In this document: one piece after another, positions 1 to 7,344 of the stretch
Numbering within the stretch: the stretch's first letter is position 1
Layout of the letters: the number at the start of each line of letters is the position of its first letter
Made by a program: the position numbers and the translations under genes
DNA from: a virus
Lineage: Duplodnaviria > Caudoviricetes
Virus record (IMG/VR): IMGVR_UViG_3300024219_000013
Coordinates: 1 to 33,471 of that record
DNA: 33,471 nt
Strand: one strand, 5' to 3'
Notes under the pieces: model-generated
Seen by the model: the letters and a program-made list of their open reading frames with translations, nothing else
What the model was told of the DNA's origin: nothing
The model's database searches: none

Positions 1-2
1 AC

Positions 3-68
3 CGGACCGATATCGCGCTGCATCTGGACCTGCAAGCGATCCTGGACGAACTGCGCGGCGAGGACTGA
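3..68 (+). CDS. 3' end of a truncated ORF (hypothetical protein)
   Basis: Open frame RTDIALHLDLQAILDELRGED* with GC-rich third codon positions, ending 3 nt before the next start. Confidence 0.5.
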   Translation, partial: RTDIALHLDLQAILDELRGED

Positions 69-71
69 TAT

Positions 72-320
72 GTGGCCGACCGACCGCCGTTCCACATGCT
101 GCGCGCGGCGTTTTGGCTGCTGGCGGTGGTGATTGCCACCGAGAGCATGATCACGCTGGTGGCTGGGCTAGGCTGCCTCTGGATGATTTTCACGGGGCGC
201 GAGCCAATCGGCGCGTGCATGGGCGTCAGCCAGCAGATCCGGGAGATTTGGGCAGAGATGCTCGCGGCGCTTCTGGCTCTGCTGCTGGCGTCGCGCGAGG
301 CGCCACCACCCGACGGCTAG
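72..320 (+). CDS. Small membrane protein (possibly holin-like)
   Basis: 82 aa with long hydrophobic stretches; GAGGA RBS upstream of GTG. Function is not established. Confidence 0.55.
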   Translation: MADRPPFHMLRAAFWLLAVVIATESMITLVAGLGCLWMIFTGREPIGACMGVSQQIREIWAEMLAALLALLLASREAPPPDG

Positions 321-327
321 CGCGCGA

Positions 328-492
328 TCATGGCGAGAGCGGGATGTTCTGGAACAGCCAGAAGATGAAGCCCCACAACGCACCGAGTAAGACCGCGCCT
401 GCCGCCCACAGGGCGATATAGGTGCCTGCACGGGACGGCTGCTGCTTGGTGAGCATGCGGTCGATCCCCTCGTGGTCCTCGCTGTCGATCAT
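328..492 (-). CDS. Small single-TM hypothetical protein (not in ORF track)
   Basis: MIDSEDHEGIDRMLTKQQPSRAGTYIALWAAGAVLLGALWGFIFWLFQNIPLSP*; ATGA overlap with the stop of 489..674. Confidence 0.6.
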   Translation of the reverse strand: MIDSEDHEGIDRMLTKQQPSRAGTYIALWAAGAVLLGALWGFIFWLFQNIPLSP

Positions 493-674
493 CGCCAGTA
501 GTGGTGCAGGATCTGGCCGGCGACACCCGCCACAATCAGCAGCGCAATAGTCAGCGCCGCCACCAGCGTGATGCGGTCACGGCGCCGGAACCGCGCGCGT
601 GCCTCGGCGAGTTCCTCCTCGGTGTAGGGCTTTGAGTTGTCGCCCCAGTTGTCCTGCAAAAGCCGGTTGGTCAT
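489..674 (-). CDS. Small membrane-anchored hypothetical protein
   Basis: 61 aa with a C-terminal TM segment (ITLVAALTIALLIVAGVAG); GGAGG upstream; part of the leftward operon. Confidence 0.65.
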   Translation of the reverse strand: MTNRLLQDNWGDNSKPYTEEELAEARARFRRRDRITLVAALTIALLIVAGVAGQILHHYWR

Positions 675-713
675 CCGCCGACGCTATCCCTCCGAGAGCT
701 GACGGCCAAGACG

Positions 714-1586
714 CTAGCCTGCCGCCATCTTCTCTTCGCCCGCGATCTCGACCTCCGGCAGATCGCCCGGCTCATCCTCGCTTGGGAACCGCGCATAGTT
801 ATCGGCCAGGATCGCGGCAATCTCGCGCTGCACCCACTCTGGGCCAGTGCTGATGGCATCACCGACGCTGGGACGGTTCGCGACCTCTACCACCTCGTCA
901 CGCCGGTAGAGCACATCGCACGCCGCGCGCAACTTATCGAGCCAGACGCGCCACTGTTCATCGGTGCGGGACTTTGGCGTCTCCTGCTCCGACTTACGCG
1001 CCGGGCGTGGCGCAGGGGCGGCGGCAGCACGCAGCGGGATCTCGTCGTTGATCGCCTGCCGCTCCGGCGATGCCTCCAGCGTCGGGCCGGTGTGCTCGTC
1101 CTTGGCCGAGATGTCTGCCTGCTCCTCCGGCACATACATGCCAGACGTGGCCAGTGGCCAGAGCGTGCGGACACCCTCCGACACCACCCGGCTGCGCAGC
1201 ATCTGGCGCGGGAATTTGGTGTACATGTCTTTCTTGCCAAACGCCGTCTGCGCCCGCTTCATGTCCCAGTCGATCCGCACCTCGCCGGTCTGCGGGTGGG
1301 TGAATGTCGCATCGGCCAACTCGTCGGTGAGGCTGTGCCACTGCACTTTGCCACCGGCCTGGATGAAATCGCGCAGCATCGCCTCGGCCTTCTTGGCTGG
1401 CCGGTTGTTGATGATGTCGTAATCGCGCGCGGCCTCGACGGCGTGCCGGCCCTCGGCCTGGGCGATTGCCATGAGCACCAGGGCCTGCTCAGGCGTGCGG
1501 ATGCCGAATAGCCCGCTCTTGGCGATGGCGACGGCGAGCGTCTGCATATCCTGCAGCGGCATTGCGGTTGGCACGAGTGCATTCAT
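714..1586 (-). CDS. RecT/Bet-like single-strand annealing recombinase
   Basis: N-terminal 'LAVAIAKSGLF..TPEQALVLM', 'YTKFPRQMLRSRVVSEGVRTLWP..SGMYVPEE' motif typical of phage RecT-like proteins; adjacent to a Gp157-like gene in the early-left operon. Confidence 0.75.
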   Translation of the reverse strand: MNALVPTAMPLQDMQTLAVAIAKSGLFGIRTPEQALVLMAIAQAEGRHAVEAARDYDIINNRPAKKAEAMLRDFIQAGGKVQWHSLTDELADATFTHPQTGEVRIDWDMKRAQTAFGKKDMYTKFPRQMLRSRVVSEGVRTLWPLATSGMYVPEEQADISAKDEHTGPTLEASPERQAINDEIPLRAAAAPAPRPARKSEQETPKSRTDEQWRVWLDKLRAACDVLYRRDEVVEVANRPSVGDAISTGPEWVQREIAAILADNYARFPSEDEPGDLPEVEIAGEEKMAAG

Positions 1587-1587
1587 G

Positions 1588-2055
1588 TCAGGCTGTCCTC
1601 AGTGTCAAACTCGGGCTCGGGTTGCTCAACGTCGCACCCGGTATCTGCTCCCCGGCCCGCAGCGCCTTACCGAGCGCCACGAGGTCCGGGGCGTGGCGGA
1701 TAAAAGCGTCTGGCAACTCGCTCTGATCCGACACGATGGCCTTGCTGCGATGCGTCACGCTGGCCGTGAACAGGCTGCGCTCGAGCTTCGACAGCCCCAT
1801 CGCCTCCATCATCTGCAGCACGATGTGCCGGCGGCGATCCGCACGGGCCTCAAGGCGCTTGATGCGCTCGCGTGCGCCGTCCACCAGGGCCTCGTCGGCG
1901 AGCGCCTGCTCTACCAGCCGGTCGAGGATTTCGAGGGCGTCGGTCTCGCCGTCGATGGTGTCGGCGAGCAGCTTCTCGTCCTCGGTGTCGCCGAGCATTG
2001 CGCGGATCTGCATGGCGGCCGACATGGCATGCTCGATGCGGTAGGAGCTGGTCAC
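1588..2055 (-). CDS. Siphovirus Gp157-family protein
   Basis: Coiled-coil 'LADTIDGET..IKRLEAR' plus C-terminal 'LPDAFIR..PDLVALGKALRAGEQIPGATL..SLTLR'. Confidence 0.8.
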   Translation of the reverse strand: MTSSYRIEHAMSAAMQIRAMLGDTEDEKLLADTIDGETDALEILDRLVEQALADEALVDGARERIKRLEARADRRRHIVLQMMEAMGLSKLERSLFTASVTHRSKAIVSDQSELPDAFIRHAPDLVALGKALRAGEQIPGATLSNPSPSLTLRTA

Positions 2056-2291
2056 GCGCTCAGCTCCATCTCGGGCTGTGGTGCCTCCTGGGGCGCCTCG
2101 ACGAGCCGTGGCGCGCGCTGGCGGCGCACCCGTGGGCGGCCGGTGAGGGCCGCCACGACCTCGCGCACGGCCTCCAGGCGCGTCTGCAGCACCGTCATCT
2201 CGAGCTCCAGCGCTCGCTCGTCGGACCTGGCTCGTTCGAGCAGAGCGGCTGCGTTCGTGAGCAGCGATGCGTTGTCGGGGTGATCCATCAT
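2052..2291 (-). CDS. Hypothetical coiled-coil protein
   Basis: MMDHPDN... start with GGAAGGA RBS and ATGA overlap; 4-nt overlap with the downstream gene. Confidence 0.65.
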   Translation of the reverse strand: MMDHPDNASLLTNAAALLERARSDERALELEMTVLQTRLEAVREVVAALTGRPRVRRQRAPRLVEAPQEAPQPEMELSA

Positions 2292-2500
2292 GCTGCGTCC
2301 TTCCGTTGGTTGCGGGTGGCGGCTGCGCGCAGTGCGGCTCGGCTCTTGGCGAGCCTGGCGCGCTCCTCGGCTATCGCGAGGCGGACATAGCGGCGCCAGT
2401 AGGCGCGATCCGTGCCAGAGGCTCGCTGCCATTCGGCCAGCGTCGCGACGAAATCCCGGTCCCGTTGCGCTCGTATGATCTGTGCAATCTCGGCGCTCAG
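2288..2500 (-). CDS. Hypothetical protein (start uncertain; possibly CTG coupled to the upstream stop)
   Basis: 3' part of the 2288..2980 frame has phage-like codon usage and fills the gap between two coupled genes. Confidence 0.45.
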   Translation of the reverse strand: MSAEIAQIIRAQRDRDFVATLAEWQRASGTDRAYWRRYVRLAIAEERARLAKSRAALRAAATRNQRKDAA

Positions 2501-2676
2501 CGCCTTCCGTTGTCCCGGCGCGTCACCAATGCCAATCGGTCCCGCAGCAGTTCCAACTCCTCCCGCGTCTGCGGGTCCAGGAGCCGCAGCTCGAGGATGC
2601 GGAACAGCGTCAGATAGGCGTCGAGCAGGGCGTTCATCGCCTGCGCATAGGTCACGGGGCGCGGGCGACGCGGCAT
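2497..2676 (-). CDS. Hypothetical protein, probably the first gene of the leftward operon
   Basis: MPRRPRPVTYAQAMNALLDAYLTLFRILELRLL..., helical, GC3-rich. Confidence 0.6.
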   Translation of the reverse strand: MPRRPRPVTYAQAMNALLDAYLTLFRILELRLLDPQTREELELLRDRLALVTRRDNGRR

Positions 2677-3011
2677 TGTTTGTGGTCCGATAAAGTATTT
2701 GTGAGGTTGCGGTTTGCTCGGAGACATTCCCGGTAACGCCTGGGACATCACGGATATTCCACGCGAGAGTTGCGTTGGAGTCACGTTGCACACGCGCATC
2801 GGGACGCTGCTTGCCGGTTTGCGCATAGGCTGATTGTGACCGCGGCGTTACTGTGACGTTGGGCGCGACCATCCCGCCACACAGGGCTTCGGGGAACTGG
2901 AGGCCCGCCGTTCTCCGTTCTGAATCATGTGGGGAGATCGTATCGTAATGCCGAAACGTGCAGGGCTGTTCAGTAGCCATAGCGGCCTCGCGTCAGGTGA
3001 CGGAGGCACTA

Positions 3012-3049
3012 TAGCAGATATCCTGATGTCAGCAACAGAAAGTCTGTCG
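3012..3049. promoter_or_regulatory. Left operator pair (OL-like)
   Basis: CAACAG-AAAGT-CTGTCG (3033-3049) and weaker TAGCAG-ATATC-CTGATG (3012-3028); same dyad as the sites between repressor and cro. Confidence 0.65.
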
Positions 3050-3101
3050 GTGTTGTGTTGCTTTGTTGTTTTTGTCGGCTTTTCGTTGGGACAAAAAGTC
3101 C

Positions 3102-3482
3102 TTAAGCGCGAGCCATCTTCTTTGAAGGACGCGCCACCGTTTTCTTTACCGGTGCCTGTGCTTCCGGTTCCTTTGGAACCGGTTCCTGCCGCCAAATTTT
3201 CTCTCTGAAACCTTCGACGAAAATCGTCAATTCTCTCGAAAGCTGTCCGGGAACAAGCCGGTCGTCGCCGAAGAAAATCCATTGCACGGTGACGCCCGGC
3301 AGTAGCTTTTCAAGCTCGTAAGCGACTTCGGGTCTGGGGAGCTGATAGCCGTTTACGGCGTTTCCGAAATTCGACCATGGCTCTTCGAGAAGGGCGGCGG
3401 CCTCCCTGATCGAAATTCCCTTTTTCCTTAAAATGGCTCTCAGGCGCAGTCCGACTTCCTGCGGATCTGGTTTCCTTGTCAT
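3102..3482 (-). CDS. XRE-family HTH repressor (CI-like, no peptidase domain)
   Basis: 'GLRLRAILRKKGISIREAAALL...NAVNGYQLP....ELEKLLPGVTVQWIFFG' HTH pattern; divergent from a cro-like gene. Confidence 0.85.
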   Translation of the reverse strand: MTRKPDPQEVGLRLRAILRKKGISIREAAALLEEPWSNFGNAVNGYQLPRPEVAYELEKLLPGVTVQWIFFGDDRLVPGQLSRELTIFVEGFREKIWRQEPVPKEPEAQAPVKKTVARPSKKMARA

Positions 3483-3531
3483 TCGCTACTTTCACTGCGG
3501 CGTTGCCTAGAAGGCAACACATATAGAGGCG

Positions 3532-3593
3532 CGACAGAGATTCTGTCATCAGCGGTCTTTTACCCTGTTGCCTTGCCAACAGATGTGCTGTTG
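3532..3593. promoter_or_regulatory. Right operators (OR-like)
   Basis: CGACAG-AGATT-CTGTCA (3532-3548) and CAACAG-ATGTG-CTGTTG (3577-3593) in the divergent intergenic region. Confidence 0.7.
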
Positions 3594-3604
3594 ATTACCG
3601 TGCC

Positions 3605-3826
3605 ATGACAACGCTCCGGCTTTTCAAAGCATTTGGGGGTCGGGAAACGCTAATGGACATCTGCGATGTAAGCCGCAACGCCATCAACCACTGGTTGTCT
3701 TACGGGGTGCCCTACAAGCACTGGCCGGCGATCCGTGAGGCGGCGGCCGAGGCTGGCATTCCCGGCATCACTGACGCGGCGCTGGCCTCGACGCGGCCAC
3801 GGGCACGCCGGAAGGCCGCCGAGTGA
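3605..3826 (+). CDS. Cro/YdaS-like HTH regulator
   Basis: 'FKAFGGRETLMDICDVSRNAINHW...GVPYKHW' pattern; first gene of the rightward operon. Confidence 0.8.
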   Translation: MTTLRLFKAFGGRETLMDICDVSRNAINHWLSYGVPYKHWPAIREAAAEAGIPGITDAALASTRPRARRKAAE

Positions 3827-4242
3827 GCGCGGCGAATCCTGGACGCCAGCCGCACGCGTGGGGCGAAGCCGCGACGGCGCACCTGCGCCAGCGTTGGACG
3901 GACGGGGCCGGTACCGCGCTGATCGGCGCCGAGCTGCGCGTCAGCAAATCGGCGGTGGTGGGCAAGGCGCACCGGCTGGGCCTGGCGCCGCGACCCTCGC
4001 CGATCCGCGCCGCCGGCCAGACGCCGGTGGTGCGCCCCCGCAAGCGCCCGACGCTGGCCAAGCTGGAGGCCCTGGAGCAGCCGCCCACGCCGGAGCCTGT
4101 AGCGCCGCGTGGCTGCCAGTATCCGCGGGGCAACCGGCCGCACTGGGACTGGTGCGGCGCGTCGGTGGTTGATGGCGGGCCGTACTGTGAGCCGTGCCGT
4201 CGACGCTGCTGGATCGTGCCACCGCGGCGGGCTGCGGCATGA
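3823..4242 (+). CDS. gcrA: GcrA-family cell-cycle regulator homologue
   Basis: N-terminal 'W....LRQRWTDG....IGAEL.VSKSAVVGKAHRLGL..RPSPI' and C-terminal 'CQYPRG....WCGA......PYCEPC'. Confidence 0.85.
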   Translation: MSAANPGRQPHAWGEAATAHLRQRWTDGAGTALIGAELRVSKSAVVGKAHRLGLAPRPSPIRAAGQTPVVRPRKRPTLAKLEALEQPPTPEPVAPRGCQYPRGNRPHWDWCGASVVDGGPYCEPCRRRCWIVPPRRAAA

Positions 4243-4472
4243 ACGGCAACGGCGCGCTAGTGGAGCCGCGGACGCTATGCTGCCCGATCTGCGGGCGCGA
4301 GATGGGCATTCCCGGCCATCGGCCGCAGCAGCCCTGGACGCCGCAGCAGGTGGCGATGATCCGTAAGATGTGGGCGATCGGGCTGCAGCATAAGCAGATT
4401 GCGTGGCTGTTCGGCCCGCGCGTGACGGCGCGGGCGATTGGTTCGCTGCTGCGCACGGGTGCTGCGGCATGA
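4239..4472 (+). CDS. Small protein with a CxxC motif and GcrA-like HTH
   Basis: CPICG followed by 'WTPQQVAMIRKMWAIGLQHKQIA..FG..VTARAIGS'; ATGA overlaps at both ends. Confidence 0.65.
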   Translation: MNGNGALVEPRTLCCPICGREMGIPGHRPQQPWTPQQVAMIRKMWAIGLQHKQIAWLFGPRVTARAIGSLLRTGAAA

Positions 4473-4900
4473 CGTACCGCCTCACCTCGCCGATCGTGCC
4501 GGAGGATGAGTTACACGCCTCGGTCGCGTCGCTGCTGCGCAAGCTGCTGCTGCCGCCGGCGAGATGGACGACGTTTCCGGCTGGCAGCGTGCCGCTCCCG
4601 CCGCAGTATGCCGCCAAGCTGGCGCGGCTCGGATTACAGCGCGGCTGGCCGGATATCCTGGTGCTGCATGACGCGCGTATCTACGGCATAGAGCTGAAGC
4701 GGCGAGGTGGCGGGCTGAGCAAGACGCGCACCGTGCTGACACGCAGTGGCGCGCAGAGGGTGCTGGAGGGCCAGGCCGATGTATTCCCTGCGCTGGAGCG
4801 AGCCGGCATGCGGATCGCTGTGTGCCGTTCGGTCGATGACGTGGTGGATGCGCTCGTTGAATGGCGGCTGCCGATGATACCGGTCCGGGTGGCGGCATGA
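4469..4900 (+). CDS. VRR-NUC / PD-(D/E)xK nuclease (putative resolvase)
   Basis: 'EDELH', 'GLQRGWPDILVL...IYGIELKR..G.LS', 'VCRSVDDV' motifs. Confidence 0.8.
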   Translation: MTYRLTSPIVPEDELHASVASLLRKLLLPPARWTTFPAGSVPLPPQYAAKLARLGLQRGWPDILVLHDARIYGIELKRRGGGLSKTRTVLTRSGAQRVLEGQADVFPALERAGMRIAVCRSVDDVVDALVEWRLPMIPVRVAA

Positions 4901-4928
4901 TGCGCCAGTCGGCGATGGATGAGGGGGC

Positions 4929-5501
4929 GTGATGGCGGGTCAACTCACGCTGTTCCCGGCGTTGCCGGCTCCGAAGCCCGCAAAGCGACGCCTCGCGCCG
5001 GGGCAGAACGCTGCACACCACGATCTGGTCATGACGCCACCCGAACTCGCCCGGCGCATTGTGGACTTCTACCAGCCGCGCGGCCGGCTGCTCGATCCAT
5101 GTCGTGGCAATGGTGCGTTCTACAGCGCGATGCTGCGTCACAGCAACGACGTCCGTTGGTGCGAGGTGACGGAAGGCCGTGACTTCCTGACGTATCGGGA
5201 GCCGGCGGACTGGATCATCAGCAATCCGCCGTGGTCGAAGTTTCGTCCGTTCCTGCGCCACGCGATGGAGCTATCGCCCAACGTGGTGTTTCTGGCGACG
5301 ATCACGCACTTCGTCACCAAAGCGAGGCTGCGAGAGATCGAGGCGGCCGAGTTTGGCGTGACGTGCTTCATGCTGGTGGACCAACCGCCGTTGCCCTGGC
5401 CTGGCAGCGGATTCCAGCTTGCGGCAGCGCTTGTGCAGCGTGGTGCCGGCACGGTGTTTCGCAGGTTGCCTGCCCAACTCGCGGAGGTGATGCATGCCTG
5501 A
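4929..5501 (+). CDS. Putative DNA N6-adenine methyltransferase
   Basis: 'TPPELA', SAM-binding 'LLDPCRGNGAF', catalytic 'IISNPPWS'. Confidence 0.8.
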   Translation: MMAGQLTLFPALPAPKPAKRRLAPGQNAAHHDLVMTPPELARRIVDFYQPRGRLLDPCRGNGAFYSAMLRHSNDVRWCEVTEGRDFLTYREPADWIISNPPWSKFRPFLRHAMELSPNVVFLATITHFVTKARLREIEAAEFGVTCFMLVDQPPLPWPGSGFQLAAALVQRGAGTVFRRLPAQLAEVMHA

Positions 5502-6561
5502 TATCCGGCTTGAGCTGATCCGGCCCAATCCGTTCCGTGATTTCGAGCTGCACCCGATTGACGAGGCGCAGGTGGCAAAGCTGCTTGCATCAATCAAGAG
5601 CAACGGGTTCTGGAGCAGCGTGGTGGCCCGTCCTGCTGGCGAAGGATACGAACTAGCATTTGGTCATCATCGCATTGAGGCGGCACGGCGGCACGGTCTG
5701 GATGCCGTGCCGATTGAAGTGCTCGCTCTTAGCGATGCGCGGATGGTGATCATGCTGGCGTCGGAGAACGCGATGCAGCGCGGCACCACGGCGGCGGCTA
5801 GTTTGGACGCTGTTGCTGCACTAAGTCGCGCAGTGACAGAATCGTGCCTGCGCTGTGACACGCCTGAGGGAGTGGGCCAAATTTGGCCCACTCTTACGCG
5901 GGACGCTGCTGAGAGCATATGGGGCAAAATTCGCAAAGGCGAGCAGCCTGGGCGTGATTGCATCCAGGCGCTGATGCCAACCGGGGCTTACACGCATCAT
6001 CAGATAGACTTAGCGCTCCATGTGCTGCGCGACAGTGGTCGGCTCGGCGGGGCGGAAGCAGTCATTTTCGATGCCAAATGCGCCAAGCTGTTCAAACTCG
6101 ACTATCATCTTGCGGAGTTCCGCCGCATCGTCACCGGCGAGGTGGTACGGTCCTATCTGCCGGTGGATCGGCAGTTCGTTTTTGCCGAGAAGATCATCGA
6201 TGCAGTCGGCAGTAGCGAGTTGACCGCCATCAAGCTGCGCGAGCGCGCCAACGTCATGTTCTACGAAGAACTCGGCATGCCGCGGCATGCCATGCGCAAC
6301 TCACCGCTGCGCATGAGTGATGATCGGGTCAAGGACGCCATGAACCTGATGCGTCGCGGCACGCATGACGTGAAACAGTGCTGCCGTATGCTGGGAACGC
6401 TCATGGCGGAAGGCGTCGATGTGGCGCCGGAGGTGATCGACCGGTTCAAGGATTACATCGCCGAGATCGACCAGGCGCTGAAGTCTCTGACGCCGCCGCA
6501 ACGCTCGGGCCGGCGCAGCAATCTGCGTCTCATCATCAGCAGGGAGGAGGACGTTGCATGA
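5494..6561 (+). CDS. ParB/Srx N-terminal-domain protein
   Basis: 'IRPNPFR', 'LLASIKSNGF', 'YELAFGHHRIEAA', 'ASENAMQR'. Confidence 0.8.
   Translation: MPDIRLELIRPNPFRDFELHPIDEAQVAKLLASIKSNGFWSSVVARPAGEGYELAFGHHRIEAARRHGLDAVPIEVLALSDARMVIMLASENAMQRGTTAAASLDAVAALSRAVTESCLRCDTPEGVGQIWPTLTRDAAESIWGKIRKGEQPGRDCIQALMPTGAYTHHQIDLALHVLRDSGRLGGAEAVIFDAKCAKLFKLDYHLAEFRRIVTGEVVRSYLPVDRQFVFAEKIIDAVGSSELTAIKLRERANVMFYEELGMPRHAMRNSPLRMSDDRVKDAMNLMRRGTHDVKQCCRMLGTLMAEGVDVAPEVIDRFKDYIAEIDQALKSLTPPQRSGRRSNLRLIISREEDVA
5870..5893. repeat. Perfect 24-bp palindrome within the ParB-domain gene
   Basis: GAGTGGGCCAAA|TTTGGCCCACTC. Confidence 0.9.
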
Positions 6562-7181
6562 GTGATCCGCGGGCACAGCACCGGGCATCCATCGAGCTGG
6601 CGAGGAGTTTCTATCACGACCACAAGGCATCGTTTGAGGAGGCGACAGGGAAGAACCTGCTTGACGAGCAGTGGTTCGAGATGCCGCTGACCGAGTTCGA
6701 CCGCTGGCTGGTGGCACAAAGTCTGCTCGAGGAGCCGGCCGATGTGTTCGACAGCAACACGGTGCAACGCTATGGCGTGGTGCAGCATCGCAACCAGGCG
6801 CGATCAAGGATCAATGCAGCCGCCCGCAAGGCGACCGATCATCCGGCCTACTCGATAGGCAGCCGACCCAACTCGTCGCTGCTTCGGGTGAAGCTGGTGG
6901 AGTTGTATGCGCGCGATGCTCCGGCCGACATAGCCGGCGGCTTCCGGGCTTCGTCGGCGCATTATCTGCGGCAGGTCAAGCGGATCGTTAAGCTGGCCAA
7001 TTCGTCGGATGCGGTGAGCGACACGGTGCGCCAGCGGGTGAACCTATGCGCGTCGGTGATGGAGCCGTTGCTGAGTGCCTTCACCTGGGCTGGCATGAAC
7101 ATGCAGGCCGAGATCAAGCAGCAGGACGAGGGGCGGTCGATTGGCCTGCCGGTCAACAGCCGGCGGCGGATTAAGCCATGA
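6558..7181 (+). CDS. Hypothetical protein
   Basis: 207 aa; strong GGAGGAGG RBS and ATGA overlap with the ParB-domain gene. Confidence 0.75.
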   Translation: MSDPRAQHRASIELARSFYHDHKASFEEATGKNLLDEQWFEMPLTEFDRWLVAQSLLEEPADVFDSNTVQRYGVVQHRNQARSRINAAARKATDHPAYSIGSRPNSSLLRVKLVELYARDAPADIAGGFRASSAHYLRQVKRIVKLANSSDAVSDTVRQRVNLCASVMEPLLSAFTWAGMNMQAEIKQQDEGRSIGLPVNSRRRIKP

Positions 7182-7210
7182 CCGTTGCCGACTCAATCAT
7201 GACGGCGCAC

Positions 7211-7244
7211 AATAGAAAACCGCCAGTGTTGGAAGCACTGGCGG
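7211..7244 (-). terminator. Hairpin with a U-tract on the minus strand
   Basis: CCGCCAGTG (7220-7228) / CACTGGCGG (7236-7244), followed by TTTTCTATT on the minus strand. Confidence 0.5.
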
Positions 7245-7344
7245 CCTGTAACTTAACCAAGCGAGCGCTTGGGCACGCAAACTGTATGGCAACTGGCAGC
7301 CATCATTTTGCACAGCCCGAGGCCCGAAGCAAGAGGGCTGTGTC

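Noticed and set aside
5870-5893. Palindrome as a protelomerase (telRL) site
   Set aside because: Short, intragenic, and no protelomerase gene in the window
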